From a virus, in the IMG/VR virus record IMGVR_UViG_3300033153_003239, positions 1 through 43,206 of that record: a stretch of DNA of 43,206 nucleotides; one strand, written 5' to 3'. Below the pieces are notes generated by a model, which saw nothing but the letters and a program-made list of their open reading frames with translations, did not search any database and was not told the DNA's origin. The position numbers were made by a program, and so were the translations under genes. This document shows, in pieces, positions 24,681 through 34,449 of this stretch (the stretch's first letter is position 1; every line of letters begins with the position of its first letter).

Positions 24681-27600
24681 ATGATGGGGATAATAGACCA
24701 AGAGAAGTTAACCGTAAATATTGATGTGGAAGATAACCCTCATTTAAGACAGCAAAACTTACTGGTTGATAGGGGTGCTAATCTTCAAAATCAAGTTGAT
24801 GTTGAAAACTCTTCGATAGAAGATAAGTTGACAGCAGCTAGTCTTACTTGGGAGAACACTTATCTTGCAACAAGTGTAGATTGGTTTAAAAACTCTGCTC
24901 CATATTTATTTGAAGATGACGATGATTTTATGAAGAATATGAGTGATGAACGACTTAGTATGATTATTAGAGATAACGGTCTACCACCTAAATATTATGA
25001 TAGATTATCTGATGCTAAAAATCAAGAACATTTAGCTAAGTTAATTAACGAAAGTGTTGATGATGTGGATAAAGAAAAGTTTGTTCATAAAACACTTAAC
25101 TCATATAATCCTATTCTTGGTATCTTTTCTGAAGCTTCTAGTGCGGGGTTAGCTACAGGTATTTTGGGTGATGTTGATACAGTTACAATCCCTCTTGGTA
25201 TAGGTCTGGCTTCTAAACTTGGAAAGATAGGCGCAGCTTCAATGGCTACAACAGTTCACATTGGTGCTTCAGCGATTGCTTATGAAAAAGACCCAGATGT
25301 TAGCGGTACTGAAGCTATTGTATTTGGAGCGCTTGGAACGTTAGCTGACTCATTTGCAATAAGTAGATTAGGTTATAAATCTGATGTTGTTGCAGAAGAT
25401 GTTGCATCTAAACTTGAAAAGCAAGGTATGTCTGATGACTCAATTAATGATGTTGTAAACCATATTGATAGTAGAAACATTAACATAGTAGATAGAGCTG
25501 AACCTTTAACTGGAGATAGACTTAGAGCGTCTAGGTTATTCGATGTTGTTGATGAAGTGAATAAAAAAGGTGAACCAAGTAAAAGAGCTACGAAAGCTTT
25601 AGATGAATTAGAATCTATGGGGTACGAAGCTGGTACGTCTAAAAGATTGTTAGATGAGTTAGAAACTCTAAAGAAAGATAAGACTAAAAAAGTTGAGTAT
25701 CAACAAAAGAAAGCTGAGGTTAAAGCTACTAGAGATAAGATTATAAAAAATATTATGGAGTCAAGACAAGCTAGAAAAGCTAGTGCGTTCAAAGGTGTTA
25801 GTAATATAAAGAATAATGCAACTGTTAAACAACTTAGTTGGGAAACTAGATACATGAAAAAAGAAGCTGAAGAGATGTTGTATGACATTAATGTGTTTAA
25901 AGGATATGTTAGAGATATTTCTGCTGAGGTTAAAAACAATCCTCTAAATGCAAATGCTAAAGCAACTCTTGATAAAATCAATACCAATACTAAAGCTCTA
26001 TTTGATAACGGATTAATTAATAAATCTGAATTTGACCAAATTTCTTATGCTGTTAAACATGGTAAGCCTGAGAGACTTGATAAATTTAACGCTGTATTTA
26101 AGAAAAATGCGGATGGAACATTTAGCCCTGTATCAAAGGACAAAAAACGTACTAGCAAACTTGTTGTAGCTGGAGGAATGTTGTTGGCTGCTGATGCGTT
26201 AATGGCTGATGATGGTGTTACAATAACCGTTGCTGGTCTTGGTGGCGCTGTAATTCTTGGTGGACTCATAATGTTAGCTGGTGGAAATGCTAAAGGTATT
26301 TTCAATGCGACTAGGGATGCTGTGGTTGGTAGTGTTAAAAAAGTAAGAAACCAAAAGTATATAGAAGCTGTTGAAGAAACTACAGAGAGCGCTAGAGTAT
26401 CGTTTATGGAAAGTTTCACTCCACTTGTTAAAGATGAAAGTAAAGAGTTTTCAGACTTAGCACAAGATATGTTATGGGACGCGTTTGATGGTACTAGACA
26501 CACAGCTGAAGCTATTAAAAGAGATTTGTATGGAACTCAATTTAAGATACTTGAGGGTAATCTAAACGAGTCATATAGACTATGGATGGATGAAAATAAA
26601 CAAGGTGTTTTTGGTCGTATGACTAGCCAAATAACTATTGGATTAACAGAGAGACAACGTTTTGATATTGATATAACTAATGCTATTGAAAATGGTGTTG
26701 TTGGTGAAAGTAAAGCTCTGCAAAAAGCTGTTAACGATATTAATGCTGTTAAGGATAATGTTCTTAGAGAGATGAAGGAAGCGGGTGTTGAGGGTGCTGA
26801 AGAGATAATTGCTGATGCAACTTACATGCCTAGAAAAGTTCGTTCAGGTAGCTTTGGAACATTGCTTAGAGAACTGAGAAATAAAGCTGATGGTGGTGTT
26901 AATAAAGAGTATGACAAAGTTGTTGACTCTATTGCTAACATGATGCGTGGTGAGAACACAACTAGGAAAGCTAGAGTATATTTAGACATGATTGCCGATA
27001 TGGGTACAAGTAAGCAAACGTTTGAAACTATGGAGAACATGGATGAATACTTAAAGAGTAGAGGTATTACCGATGTTACAGCTAAAGATGTTGCTGACTT
27101 GTTTGGTATTACAAGTTCTGTAAATAAGAGTGTTGGTGCTGCTGAACAGTTTGGTAGAACTAAACGTAGAATAGAACTGGATATGTCAAAGTTTGAAACG
27201 TTTAAAGTTCAAACAATAGATGGTGATATTGATGTGAGTCTTGATACCATTTTTGTAAGACAAGCTACTGAGCTTATGAATGGTTACATTAATCAAGCCT
27301 CGGGTTATGTTGCATTAGCTAGAAAAGGTTATACAGTACCACAAGCTTATGGGATTGCTAGTAAGTCAGCTACACAAAGTCTTGAGATGCAAAAGGTGTT
27401 GGATAGTATTTTAGGAACACCTTTATTTGATGGGTCAACAAGCACATCAAAACTTATGCGTGATGCTGAGAATTATACAACAGCTATCTCTATGAGTTTT
27501 TCCGCATTGACACTTGCTGGTGAGGCTATGAAACTTGTTACAGCGTTAAACAAAACTGGGTTAAATACGGCTGTTAAGCAACTTGTTAGAACTATTGCTA

Positions 27601-28430
27601 AACAGGGTGATACAGAATTAGTCCGCTCACTTAGAGAAGGTACGGGTATGGCTATTCATAAGAAGGGTTTAACGTTTGGCTCATTCAATTCTATAACTGA
27701 TGAAAACCTAATGGATGGTTCATATAGAAGTAGTAAAGTTGGTAGGGGTGCAACTAAACTTGGAGAGTGGAGTAGAGATATGATACTTTATCCAATGGTT
27801 GCCACATCTGATTGGTTATCTGCTGTTGCATTATCTAAGAACGGTCAATTATTTTTAGATATATCAACTGGAACTGCAAAGGTAGCGGATGATAGAATGA
27901 AAGCTTTTGGTATAGGTGAAAGTGAAATGGCTATCGCTCGTAAGTATTTTAGTAAGAATAGAAATGGTGAATTAAAACCTGTTGATTGGGATGCAATGAG
28001 TCCTGAAGAAATGAGAACAGTACAGAGAGTGTTGTTTAATATGAATCAAAAAGATATAATGCTAACTACAATGGGTGGTAGTCCAAGTTGGAGTAGAAAT
28101 AATGAAGTGGGTGTGCTTGTTTCACATTTGATGAAGTTCCCTATGAACGCTTATTCTAACCACGGCTTATTTGATGCTAGAGGTATGGCTAAAGGTGACA
28201 TGAGAAGTTTTGTTAACATGTCAGCATGGTTTATTGGTGGTATGATTACACAAGCTATGAAGTCAGAAGTTAAAGGTAAGCCTTTAAGTGATGAGGATAT
28301 GGTGCTTAGAGCTTTATGGTCTATGCCTATCTTTGGATTTGGAAATGTTGCTGATGGTTTAACTAGCCCTGCCATTTTTGGAGCAAGTGAGAACGTTGCA
28401 ATAGGGTCGAAATTGATATACGGTAACTAG
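24681..28430 (+). CDS. Internal virion (core / ejection) protein, T7 gp16 position
   Basis: 1249 aa with an internal hydrophobic stretch LVVAGGMLLAADALMADDGVTITVAGLGGAVILGGLIMLAGG. Assigned by synteny. Confidence 0.6.
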   Translation: MMGIIDQEKLTVNIDVEDNPHLRQQNLLVDRGANLQNQVDVENSSIEDKLTAASLTWENTYLATSVDWFKNSAPYLFEDDDDFMKNMSDERLSMIIRDNGLPPKYYDRLSDAKNQEHLAKLINESVDDVDKEKFVHKTLNSYNPILGIFSEASSAGLATGILGDVDTVTIPLGIGLASKLGKIGAASMATTVHIGASAIAYEKDPDVSGTEAIVFGALGTLADSFAISRLGYKSDVVAEDVASKLEKQGMSDDSINDVVNHIDSRNINIVDRAEPLTGDRLRASRLFDVVDEVNKKGEPSKRATKALDELESMGYEAGTSKRLLDELETLKKDKTKKVEYQQKKAEVKATRDKIIKNIMESRQARKASAFKGVSNIKNNATVKQLSWETRYMKKEAEEMLYDINVFKGYVRDISAEVKNNPLNANAKATLDKINTNTKALFDNGLINKSEFDQISYAVKHGKPERLDKFNAVFKKNADGTFSPVSKDKKRTSKLVVAGGMLLAADALMADDGVTITVAGLGGAVILGGLIMLAGGNAKGIFNATRDAVVGSVKKVRNQKYIEAVEETTESARVSFMESFTPLVKDESKEFSDLAQDMLWDAFDGTRHTAEAIKRDLYGTQFKILEGNLNESYRLWMDENKQGVFGRMTSQITIGLTERQRFDIDITNAIENGVVGESKALQKAVNDINAVKDNVLREMKEAGVEGAEEIIADATYMPRKVRSGSFGTLLRELRNKADGGVNKEYDKVVDSIANMMRGENTTRKARVYLDMIADMGTSKQTFETMENMDEYLKSRGITDVTAKDVADLFGITSSVNKSVGAAEQFGRTKRRIELDMSKFETFKVQTIDGDIDVSLDTIFVRQATELMNGYINQASGYVALARKGYTVPQAYGIASKSATQSLEMQKVLDSILGTPLFDGSTSTSKLMRDAENYTTAISMSFSALTLAGEAMKLVTALNKTGLNTAVKQLVRTIAKQGDTELVRSLREGTGMAIHKKGLTFGSFNSITDENLMDGSYRSSKVGRGATKLGEWSRDMILYPMVATSDWLSAVALSKNGQLFLDISTGTAKVADDRMKAFGIGESEMAIARKYFSKNRNGELKPVDWDAMSPEEMRTVQRVLFNMNQKDIMLTTMGGSPSWSRNNEVGVLVSHLMKFPMNAYSNHGLFDARGMAKGDMRSFVNMSAWFIGGMITQAMKSEVKGKPLSDEDMVLRALWSMPIFGFGNVADGLTSPAIFGASENVAIGSKLIYGN

Positions 28431-28454
28431 ATAATTAAGTAGGTAGGAGGACTT

Positions 28455-28703
28455 ATGAGTAAGAAACAAGATGATTTAGATAAGATAGATAAGTTGGTTA
28501 GAGAGAAGATAATTCATTGTCTTGATAACAATAAAACAGATATGCTTACTGACCTAAGCGTTGCTGTGTCTTATCTTGCTAAAAATAATGTGGTATCTGA
28601 AAAGAGTAAGAGTTCCGTAGAGGACAATACTAAGAAGAAGTTAGCCGATGCTAAGAAGAGAAGAGAAGGTGTTGTTGAAGAAGATGAAGAAGAGGAGTTT
28701 TAA
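28455..28703 (+). CDS. Small terminase subunit candidate (T7 gp18 position)
   Basis: 82 aa with an acidic tail. ATG overlap with the large terminase gene. GGTAGGAGG Shine-Dalgarno. Confidence 0.5.
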   Translation: MSKKQDDLDKIDKLVREKIIHCLDNNKTDMLTDLSVAVSYLAKNNVVSEKSKSSVEDNTKKKLADAKKRREGVVEEDEEEEF

Positions 28704-30430
28704 TGGACTTCACTAGACTTTCTCCACAAGAAACCGTTGATTACTTTACAAACTGTGAATGGGGTCAACATTACGAAGACGATAAGTATTTTGAAGATGC
28801 TGAACTTATGGATAACTTCATCGTGTTCTTCACGTATGTATTTGCATGGTTAAATCTTCCCAGACCAACTAAAGGTCAATACGCTATTGCTTTATGGTTA
28901 CAAGATAGTTCTAATCCTCACCGTATGGTTTGGGCTTCACGTGGTCTAGGTAAGTCGTTAGCTTCTCAGATATACGCTGTATGGCGTTATCTAAACGACC
29001 CTAATGAAAAGATATTAGTAATGTCTGCCGGTGCTGCTAGAGCAATTAACTACACTCAGTTCGTACAGAAGCTAATTAAGATGCTTCCAATCACTATAGA
29101 TATGACACCTAGACACAATATAGAGAGAACATCTGGTCAATCATTTGATGTTGCCGGAGCTGTTGCTTCAGATAGCCCAAGTATGTACGCGGTTGGTGCG
29201 GGTAATCAGGTTACGGGTATGAGAGCGAGTCTTGTAATCTATGATGATATTGAGACAGCTCAAACAGTTGAGTCTATGACGATGATGGATAAGATAGACA
29301 CATTTGCTAAAGAGGCGCAAAATCTTCTTATGTCTGGTAAAGATGAAAGTATTTGTTTATCTACACCTCACTCTATGTCTTCTATGTACATCGGTTGGTT
29401 AGACTCTGGATATAAACTATTAGCATTACCGGCTGAAGTTCCAGAAGACGATAGCGCTTATTTTGGCTCGTTGGCTCCACACATTAAAGAGATGATGGCT
29501 GAAGGTCTTGTTGGATTAGCTGTTGATGAGAGATTAGACAAAGAGTTCTTGATGTCTAAGAAGATGAGGATTGGTAAGTCTAAATACAAACTACAATACA
29601 TGTTAGACGTATCGGACGCTGATGATTTAAGATACCCACTTAAGCTAAATGATTTAATCGTTATGGATGTAGATGATGAAGTTGGACCGTTAAAGGTTTC
29701 ACATTCATCTATGCCTGATAATAATTTATATATTAAGCACAATGGGTTTAAAGCTGACAAGCTATACTCACCATCCTATGTGTCTGATGAAGTGGCTGAG
29801 TATGAGATGAAGTTGATGTCACTTGACCCATCGGGTAAAGGTAAAGATGAGATTGGTATATCAATAATATATTCACTTAATACTAGATTGTTTTTGAAAA
29901 AGATAACTGGTTTACAGGGTGGTTATGAAGATGAAAATATGATTAATATAGCAACTCTTTGTAAGATACATAAGATTGATACGTTGCTTATTGAGGAAAA
30001 TTGGGGTGGTGGTATGTTCACGAAGATGTTAGAGCCACACTTAAGAATGATAAGCCCTCTAACGGAGATTGATGAGGTTAATGTTAAGGGTCAAAAAGAG
30101 ATTCGTATTATAGAAAATTTAGAGCCACTTGTTAATCAACATAAATTGATTGTAGATAAAGATACTTTAGATAAAGATAAGAACGCTACAGCTATTAACA
30201 GTTTCACGTATCAGTTCAGTAAGATTACTAAAGAACGAGATAGCCTTAGAGCAGATGATAGGTTAGACAGTTTAGCTAATGGTATTATTTATATGATTGA
30301 TAAGATGAGTGATGATGAAGAGTTTGGTATGGAGTCGTATCAGATGGAACAAGGTAAAGACAATTTAGAATTTACCTTGAATAATTTTGGTTGGCAAGAA
30401 GCCAATACTAATTATGGAGATAGGTTTTAA
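28703..30430 (+). CDS. terL: Large terminase subunit (T7 gp19-like)
   Basis: 575 aa. Walker A-like SRGLGKS, Walker B LVIYDDIE, and a C-terminal nuclease region LLIEENWGGG. Confidence 0.88.
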   Translation: MDFTRLSPQETVDYFTNCEWGQHYEDDKYFEDAELMDNFIVFFTYVFAWLNLPRPTKGQYAIALWLQDSSNPHRMVWASRGLGKSLASQIYAVWRYLNDPNEKILVMSAGAARAINYTQFVQKLIKMLPITIDMTPRHNIERTSGQSFDVAGAVASDSPSMYAVGAGNQVTGMRASLVIYDDIETAQTVESMTMMDKIDTFAKEAQNLLMSGKDESICLSTPHSMSSMYIGWLDSGYKLLALPAEVPEDDSAYFGSLAPHIKEMMAEGLVGLAVDERLDKEFLMSKKMRIGKSKYKLQYMLDVSDADDLRYPLKLNDLIVMDVDDEVGPLKVSHSSMPDNNLYIKHNGFKADKLYSPSYVSDEVAEYEMKLMSLDPSGKGKDEIGISIIYSLNTRLFLKKITGLQGGYEDENMINIATLCKIHKIDTLLIEENWGGGMFTKMLEPHLRMISPLTEIDEVNVKGQKEIRIIENLEPLVNQHKLIVDKDTLDKDKNATAINSFTYQFSKITKERDSLRADDRLDSLANGIIYMIDKMSDDEEFGMESYQMEQGKDNLEFTLNNFGWQEANTNYGDRF

Positions 30431-30693
30431 TTGTATTGATTTTTAAATAATGCAATTAAAACGCAAAGTAATGTTACTATTTGCATAATCGCTGAACTTC
30501 TAATATGATTTTGTTGCTCATCGGTCTCTAATTCTATAAAATGGTATATTTCTTTATCGTTCTCTTCAGCGTTCAATTGCGCTGAATGTAGTTTTGCAAC
30601 CTTTTTAATATCATTCATTTTCATTGGAATGATATCTCCATTTTTGTAAGTATGTTTGTTTTCAATATATTCTTCAAAGCTTACATTAACCAT
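30427..30693 (-). CDS. Hypothetical protein with a C-terminal TM helix (88 aa), last gene of the minus arm
   Basis: Track ORF. Its stop codon overlaps the terL stop codon. Confidence 0.6.
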   Translation of the reverse strand: MVNVSFEEYIENKHTYKNGDIIPMKMNDIKKVAKLHSAQLNAEENDKEIYHFIELETDEQQNHIRSSAIMQIVTLLCVLIALFKNQYN

Positions 30694-30887
30694 TACTTAT
30701 CCTTTACTTCTAAGTCTTGTTTCATCTCATCCATAATAGAACGTATCTCTGATACAGGCAACTTGCTCTTAGCTGCTATATAACTCTCTATCCCTAATAA
30801 CGCTGTAAATATTTGGGCGTCATTGTCTGTTTTTATATCAAACTTAGCCTTACCTCTTTTAGTGAACTCTATTGCTATTTTACCCAT
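30693..30887 (-). CDS. Hypothetical protein (64 aa)
   Basis: Track ORF with start/stop overlaps. Confidence 0.6.
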   Translation of the reverse strand: MGKIAIEFTKRGKAKFDIKTDNDAQIFTALLGIESYIAAKSKLPVSEIRSIMDEMKQDLEVKDK

Positions 30888-31093
30888 TATATATCCTTGT
30901 TATTTATATTTTCCCAAAACGATAACGCTTTAATTACAGCGTTACATCTGAACGCTTCCCTTGAAAAATAAGGTTCAGCTAATATTTCTTCTAAATGCTC
31001 GTTAAGCAACTCAATCCTACGTACTACAATCTCTTGTGGTATTTCAGGAACTTCTATATCTTCACCATATAGGTATTCATTTGACTTTTTCAT
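30887..31093 (-). CDS. Hypothetical protein (68 aa from MKKSNEY)
   Basis: Track ORF 30887..31165, trimmed to an internal ATG near the upstream stop. Confidence 0.55.
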   Translation of the reverse strand: MKKSNEYLYGEDIEVPEIPQEIVVRRIELLNEHLEEILAEPYFSREAFRCNAVIKALSFWENINNKDI

Positions 31094-31373
31094 GGAGATA
31101 CCTATAGTAAGCTTCATATGTCTCAATCTTTTTAGACTCTTTAAGAACATCATCTTTATTACCAATACGAAGTCTGTATTTCATAGCAGTAATTTTAGCC
31201 CATTGCATCAACTCTTCAGTTGAATACATCTGTTCCATACGTTCAATCGCTTCCACATCATCAACCATAGAGTAATGTTTAGAGTCGGGATTAAGTAACG
31301 GGTGGATAGGTTTGCTAGGAGCTTTGTGTCCACCCATGTTATAACTAGGCATTCTTAATCCTTTCAAACTCAT
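31077..31373 (-). CDS. DUF3310-like protein
   Basis: ...SKHYSMVDDVEAIERME...WAKITAMKYRLRIGNKDD... matches the pattern I associate with DUF3310 phage proteins. Confidence 0.55.
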   Translation of the reverse strand: MSLKGLRMPSYNMGGHKAPSKPIHPLLNPDSKHYSMVDDVEAIERMEQMYSTEELMQWAKITAMKYRLRIGNKDDVLKESKKIETYEAYYRYLHEKVK

Positions 31374-31497
31374 TATTAATCAACCGTGATATTACAGCCC
31401 TCATTGTACGGTCTTCTTTCTTAGCAATATGTACAAGCTTGTCATAAACCGGCTCGTCCATAGTCGCGTGTTTTTCAACTACTTTTCTTTTTTTCAT
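31345..31497 (-). CDS. Ribbon-helix-helix (CopG/Arc-like) small DNA-binding protein (50 aa)
   Basis: Hand translation: MKKRKVVEKHATMDEPVYDKLVHIAKKEDRTMRAVISRLINNEFERIKNA. GGAGG Shine-Dalgarno upstream. Confidence 0.5.
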   Translation of the reverse strand: MKKRKVVEKHATMDEPVYDKLVHIAKKEDRTMRAVISRLINNEFERIKNA

Positions 31498-31654
31498 TGT
31501 TAACCTCCACTTCAAGATAATCAGTTGTTATTTTCTTCCAACCGTTTTCTTCATTAATATACTCATCACCATCTGAAAAGTAATCTTTAGTCACTTCAAT
31601 CATTGTTTCTGTAGCCGGTGGAACTTTAATCCACTTATAAAATCTTTTTTTCAT
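31475..31654 (-). CDS. Small hypothetical protein (59 aa)
   Basis: Hand translation: MKKRFYKWIKVPPATETMIEVTKDYFSDGDEYINEENGWKKITTDYLEVEVNNEKKKSS. One residue under the track cutoff. Confidence 0.5.
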   Translation of the reverse strand: MKKRFYKWIKVPPATETMIEVTKDYFSDGDEYINEENGWKKITTDYLEVEVNNEKKKSS

Positions 31655-31666
31655 TACATTCTCCTT

Positions 31667-31942
31667 TTAAAATTCTTCCATTACATCGTATAAACAATCA
31701 GCAACTATAGCTTTACCACCACTTGCTTGTATCATTTCTATATGCAATTTCTGTAATTCAGTTACTTGTTTTTTCTTACCCGTAGCTTTTACTTCAACCG
31801 CGCAAAACTTCCCATCCTTACAAAATAAGATGTCAGGAACACCAGAAACGTTAGCTACAACCACCTTGATAACATAGTAACCTTGTTCTTTTAGGTATTT
31901 CAGTATCTCTTTTTGTACAACACTCTCTTTTTTCTTTTCCAT
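31667..31942 (-). CDS. VRR-NUC domain nuclease
   Basis: GVPDILFC...CAVEVK gives the PD-(D/E)xK signature. Size is 91 aa. Lies next to the SNF2 helicase gene. Confidence 0.8.
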   Translation of the reverse strand: MEKKKESVVQKEILKYLKEQGYYVIKVVVANVSGVPDILFCKDGKFCAVEVKATGKKKQVTELQKLHIEMIQASGGKAIVADCLYDVMEEF

Positions 31943-31975
31943 TTTAGATTATATCCTCTCTAACCTTAAGTTTAC

Positions 31976-32239
31976 TTAAGTCCTAGCTTCCCATTCATTA
32001 CAGTGAAATTTGGTTTCGTCTAAGAAATTTACAAGCTTTGTTATACACTCATCTTGTTCACTATATATTCTACAGTTATGACAAGACCTAGCTTCAAAAG
32101 CATCAAGAATTTTTATACACTCCTCCACATCTTCTTGGTCTTTCTTAAGATTATGCTTTTCTTTAAAATAATCATCAGCATAGTCAGCCCAACCAATAGC
32201 TTCTGTTAGTGTTTCTTTTATAAATATTATATCTTTCAT
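31976..32239 (-). CDS. Hypothetical Cys-containing protein (87 aa)
   Basis: Track ORF. Cys pattern CHNC...C...HC. Confidence 0.6.
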   Translation of the reverse strand: MKDIIFIKETLTEAIGWADYADDYFKEKHNLKKDQEDVEECIKILDAFEARSCHNCRIYSEQDECITKLVNFLDETKFHCNEWEART

Positions 32240-33570
32240 CTTAATGCTCCTAATAAATCAGCTTGAACAACATCTTTTTTAGCTAAAGCTGTCATCAAGT
32301 CGTGTTCAATATCCCCCACAGCGATGTGCATAGCACGGACTTTTTTGGTTTGTCCTTGTCGATGTAAGCGTTTATTGAATTGTTGGTAAAGTTCCAACGA
32401 CCATGTAAATCCATACCACACTACTAACGCTCCACCATCTTGTAGATTTAGTCCGTGTCCAGCACTAGCTGGGTGAGCCAAAAGAATTTTGATTTTCTTT
32501 TTATTCCATGCTTCCACAGCTTCCCCTTTTTTATCAAGGACAACTGAATCTGGGAAAGCGGTTTTAAGCGCCTCGAGTTCATGTTTGTAGTTGTAGGCAA
32601 CCAGAATATTATCATTTGGGTTTTCATCTATAATCTCCTTTAAAGTATCTATTTTTAATTCATGGAAGTGGTGTACTAAACCTTTTTCATCATACATGTT
32701 ACCGCTACAAAATTGCAACAACTTATTGCTCAACGTTGCAGCACTCATAGCAGTTATTTTCTCTTCTTTGTTAATTGCTAATATCATATCGTTTTTAAAC
32801 TTTAGATATTTTCTTAAGTTCTCACCCTCTAACTTGTTTCCAAGTACAGAAGGTATGAAGTCAGGCAACTCAAGATAATCCTCAGAAGACATAGATAACA
32901 CTAGGTCTTGTATTTGGTCTTGTATCAATTTAACAGCACCATCACGCAACGTATAGGTCCAACCCATGAAGTCTTTATCAAAGTATCTAGTTCTAAACAT
33001 CGTTTGCGTTCTACCCAATCTAAATCCACCATCAAGCAAAAAGAATTGTGAATATAAATCAGCGTAACCGTTTGAAGCTGGAGTACCTGTAAGCAAAACC
33101 ATACGGTTAATGTGAGGTGACATTTTCTTTAAGGCTTTGAAGCGTTGTGATGATGGTGATTTGAATGAAGAACTTTCATCAATGACGACCATATCAAAAG
33201 ACCAATTCTTACCAAGATGAAGGACTAAAGCTTTAACATTTTCTCTATTGATAATATAAATATCAGCTTTTCTTTGAAGACCTGTAAGCATGTTTTTCTT
33301 ACCACCACTAAGATTTGAGAACGTTAAATCTTTTGTATGCTCCCACTTCTTAGCTTCTGAAATCCATACCGTATTGCAAACGCGTAGAGGGGCAATAACC
33401 AATACTTTAGAGACACTAAAACTATCGTACATTAAATCCTCTATAGCTGTTAGTGTTGATACTGTCTTACCTAAACCCATGTCTAAGAACAATGCGGATT
33501 TAGGAATATCTAAAATATGGTCAACAGCACGTTCTTGATATTTATGTAGTTTGTTTTTTGAGAGCATCAT
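32236..33570 (-). CDS. SNF2-family (SF2) helicase / DNA translocase
   Basis: Motif I is GLGKT, motif II VIDESS, motif III LTGTP, motif VI HRQGQ. Confidence 0.88.
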   Translation of the reverse strand: MMLSKNKLHKYQERAVDHILDIPKSALFLDMGLGKTVSTLTAIEDLMYDSFSVSKVLVIAPLRVCNTVWISEAKKWEHTKDLTFSNLSGGKKNMLTGLQRKADIYIINRENVKALVLHLGKNWSFDMVVIDESSSFKSPSSQRFKALKKMSPHINRMVLLTGTPASNGYADLYSQFFLLDGGFRLGRTQTMFRTRYFDKDFMGWTYTLRDGAVKLIQDQIQDLVLSMSSEDYLELPDFIPSVLGNKLEGENLRKYLKFKNDMILAINKEEKITAMSAATLSNKLLQFCSGNMYDEKGLVHHFHELKIDTLKEIIDENPNDNILVAYNYKHELEALKTAFPDSVVLDKKGEAVEAWNKKKIKILLAHPASAGHGLNLQDGGALVVWYGFTWSLELYQQFNKRLHRQGQTKKVRAMHIAVGDIEHDLMTALAKKDVVQADLLGALR

Positions 33571-33856
33571 GCAATCCTTCCGTTATCATACTTAAATTTT
33601 TAATGCGTACAAAACCTAATTTATCTTTTTCTAATGTGTCAATGTTTAAATATTTTTCTATAACACATGTGCCTATGTAATGTTTACCCCTAACTACACT
33701 TTTTAATTGGTTTTTACTCAATTTTATCCACATGTGTTTTCTTATCACGTCACCATCAGCTACACAATCCAGCAATAAAACTCGTGGATAATTAAATCGG
33801 GCATCATTACGTCTAATTTGTTCTATCTTACCACTAAAAACAATTTTATCACTCAT
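33542..33856 (-). CDS. Hypothetical protein (104 aa from MSDKIVF)
   Basis: Track ORF trimmed to an internal ATG adjacent to the upstream stop. Confidence 0.6.
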   Translation of the reverse strand: MSDKIVFSGKIEQIRRNDARFNYPRVLLLDCVADGDVIRKHMWIKLSKNQLKSVVRGKHYIGTCVIEKYLNIDTLEKDKLGFVRIKNLSMITEGLHDALKKQTT

Positions 33857-33858
33857 AA

Positions 33859-34449
33859 TCAATACCAACCACAATCATCTTCATTAGATAACTCAACAGT
33901 TTTGTCATATCTCCAATGTCTAACCTCGTCAATGTCTTCAAACTTATCTGTTAACTCCTCCATCTCATCAAGATTGTCACCGCTGGTATCATTCCAAATA
34001 TCACAATATGCAAAGTCGAAAAGTCTGTCAGGCTCAAAGTCATGTATATCACTGATAACAATTCTAACTTTATCGTTTAAATCTAAATTCGGAACGATAA
34101 AATCGTGAAGCTCTTGGCTGATTTCAACAACTGTAATACTTAATACTTCAGGTCTCTCTTGTAAAGCTAGTAAAATCATACCAATACCTAAACCCCCTAT
34201 AAGCACATGACCTGTTGCTTCTTGCACTAACTCAATATTAGTCTCTTGCTCCATCCAGCTATCAGACATTACAATCTCTCGCTTATCGTTATCTCTCAAC
34301 ACACAAACAAGTTGGTCTTTTTGTCCAGCATATTCAGGATTCCAACTGTCAACCTCACTAGCTTGAATGTGTTTAATCTCATAGTTTTCTGACATCGCTT
34401 CAGGATGCACCTTTGTCATATCTTTAAATTCTTTATAATACATAATCAA
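33859..34449 (-). CDS. Class-I SAM-dependent methyltransferase / spermidine-synthase-fold protein
   Basis: VLIGGLGIG (motif I), VVEIS (motif II acidic residue) and DFAYCDIW (motif IV-like). Overlaps the 3' end of the polymerase gene by 17 nt. Confidence 0.55.
   Translation of the reverse strand: MIMYYKEFKDMTKVHPEAMSENYEIKHIQASEVDSWNPEYAGQKDQLVCVLRDNDKREIVMSDSWMEQETNIELVQEATGHVLIGGLGIGMILLALQERPEVLSITVVEISQELHDFIVPNLDLNDKVRIVISDIHDFEPDRLFDFAYCDIWNDTSGDNLDEMEELTDKFEDIDEVRHWRYDKTVELSNEDDCGWY

Noticed and set aside
26045-26503. 152-aa minus ORF inside the gp16-like gene (also 26822..27040, 28151..28375, 29458..29760, 24063..24344)
   Set aside because: These are antisense to large virion or terminase genes in an otherwise strictly plus-strand arm, so they are treated as spurious.
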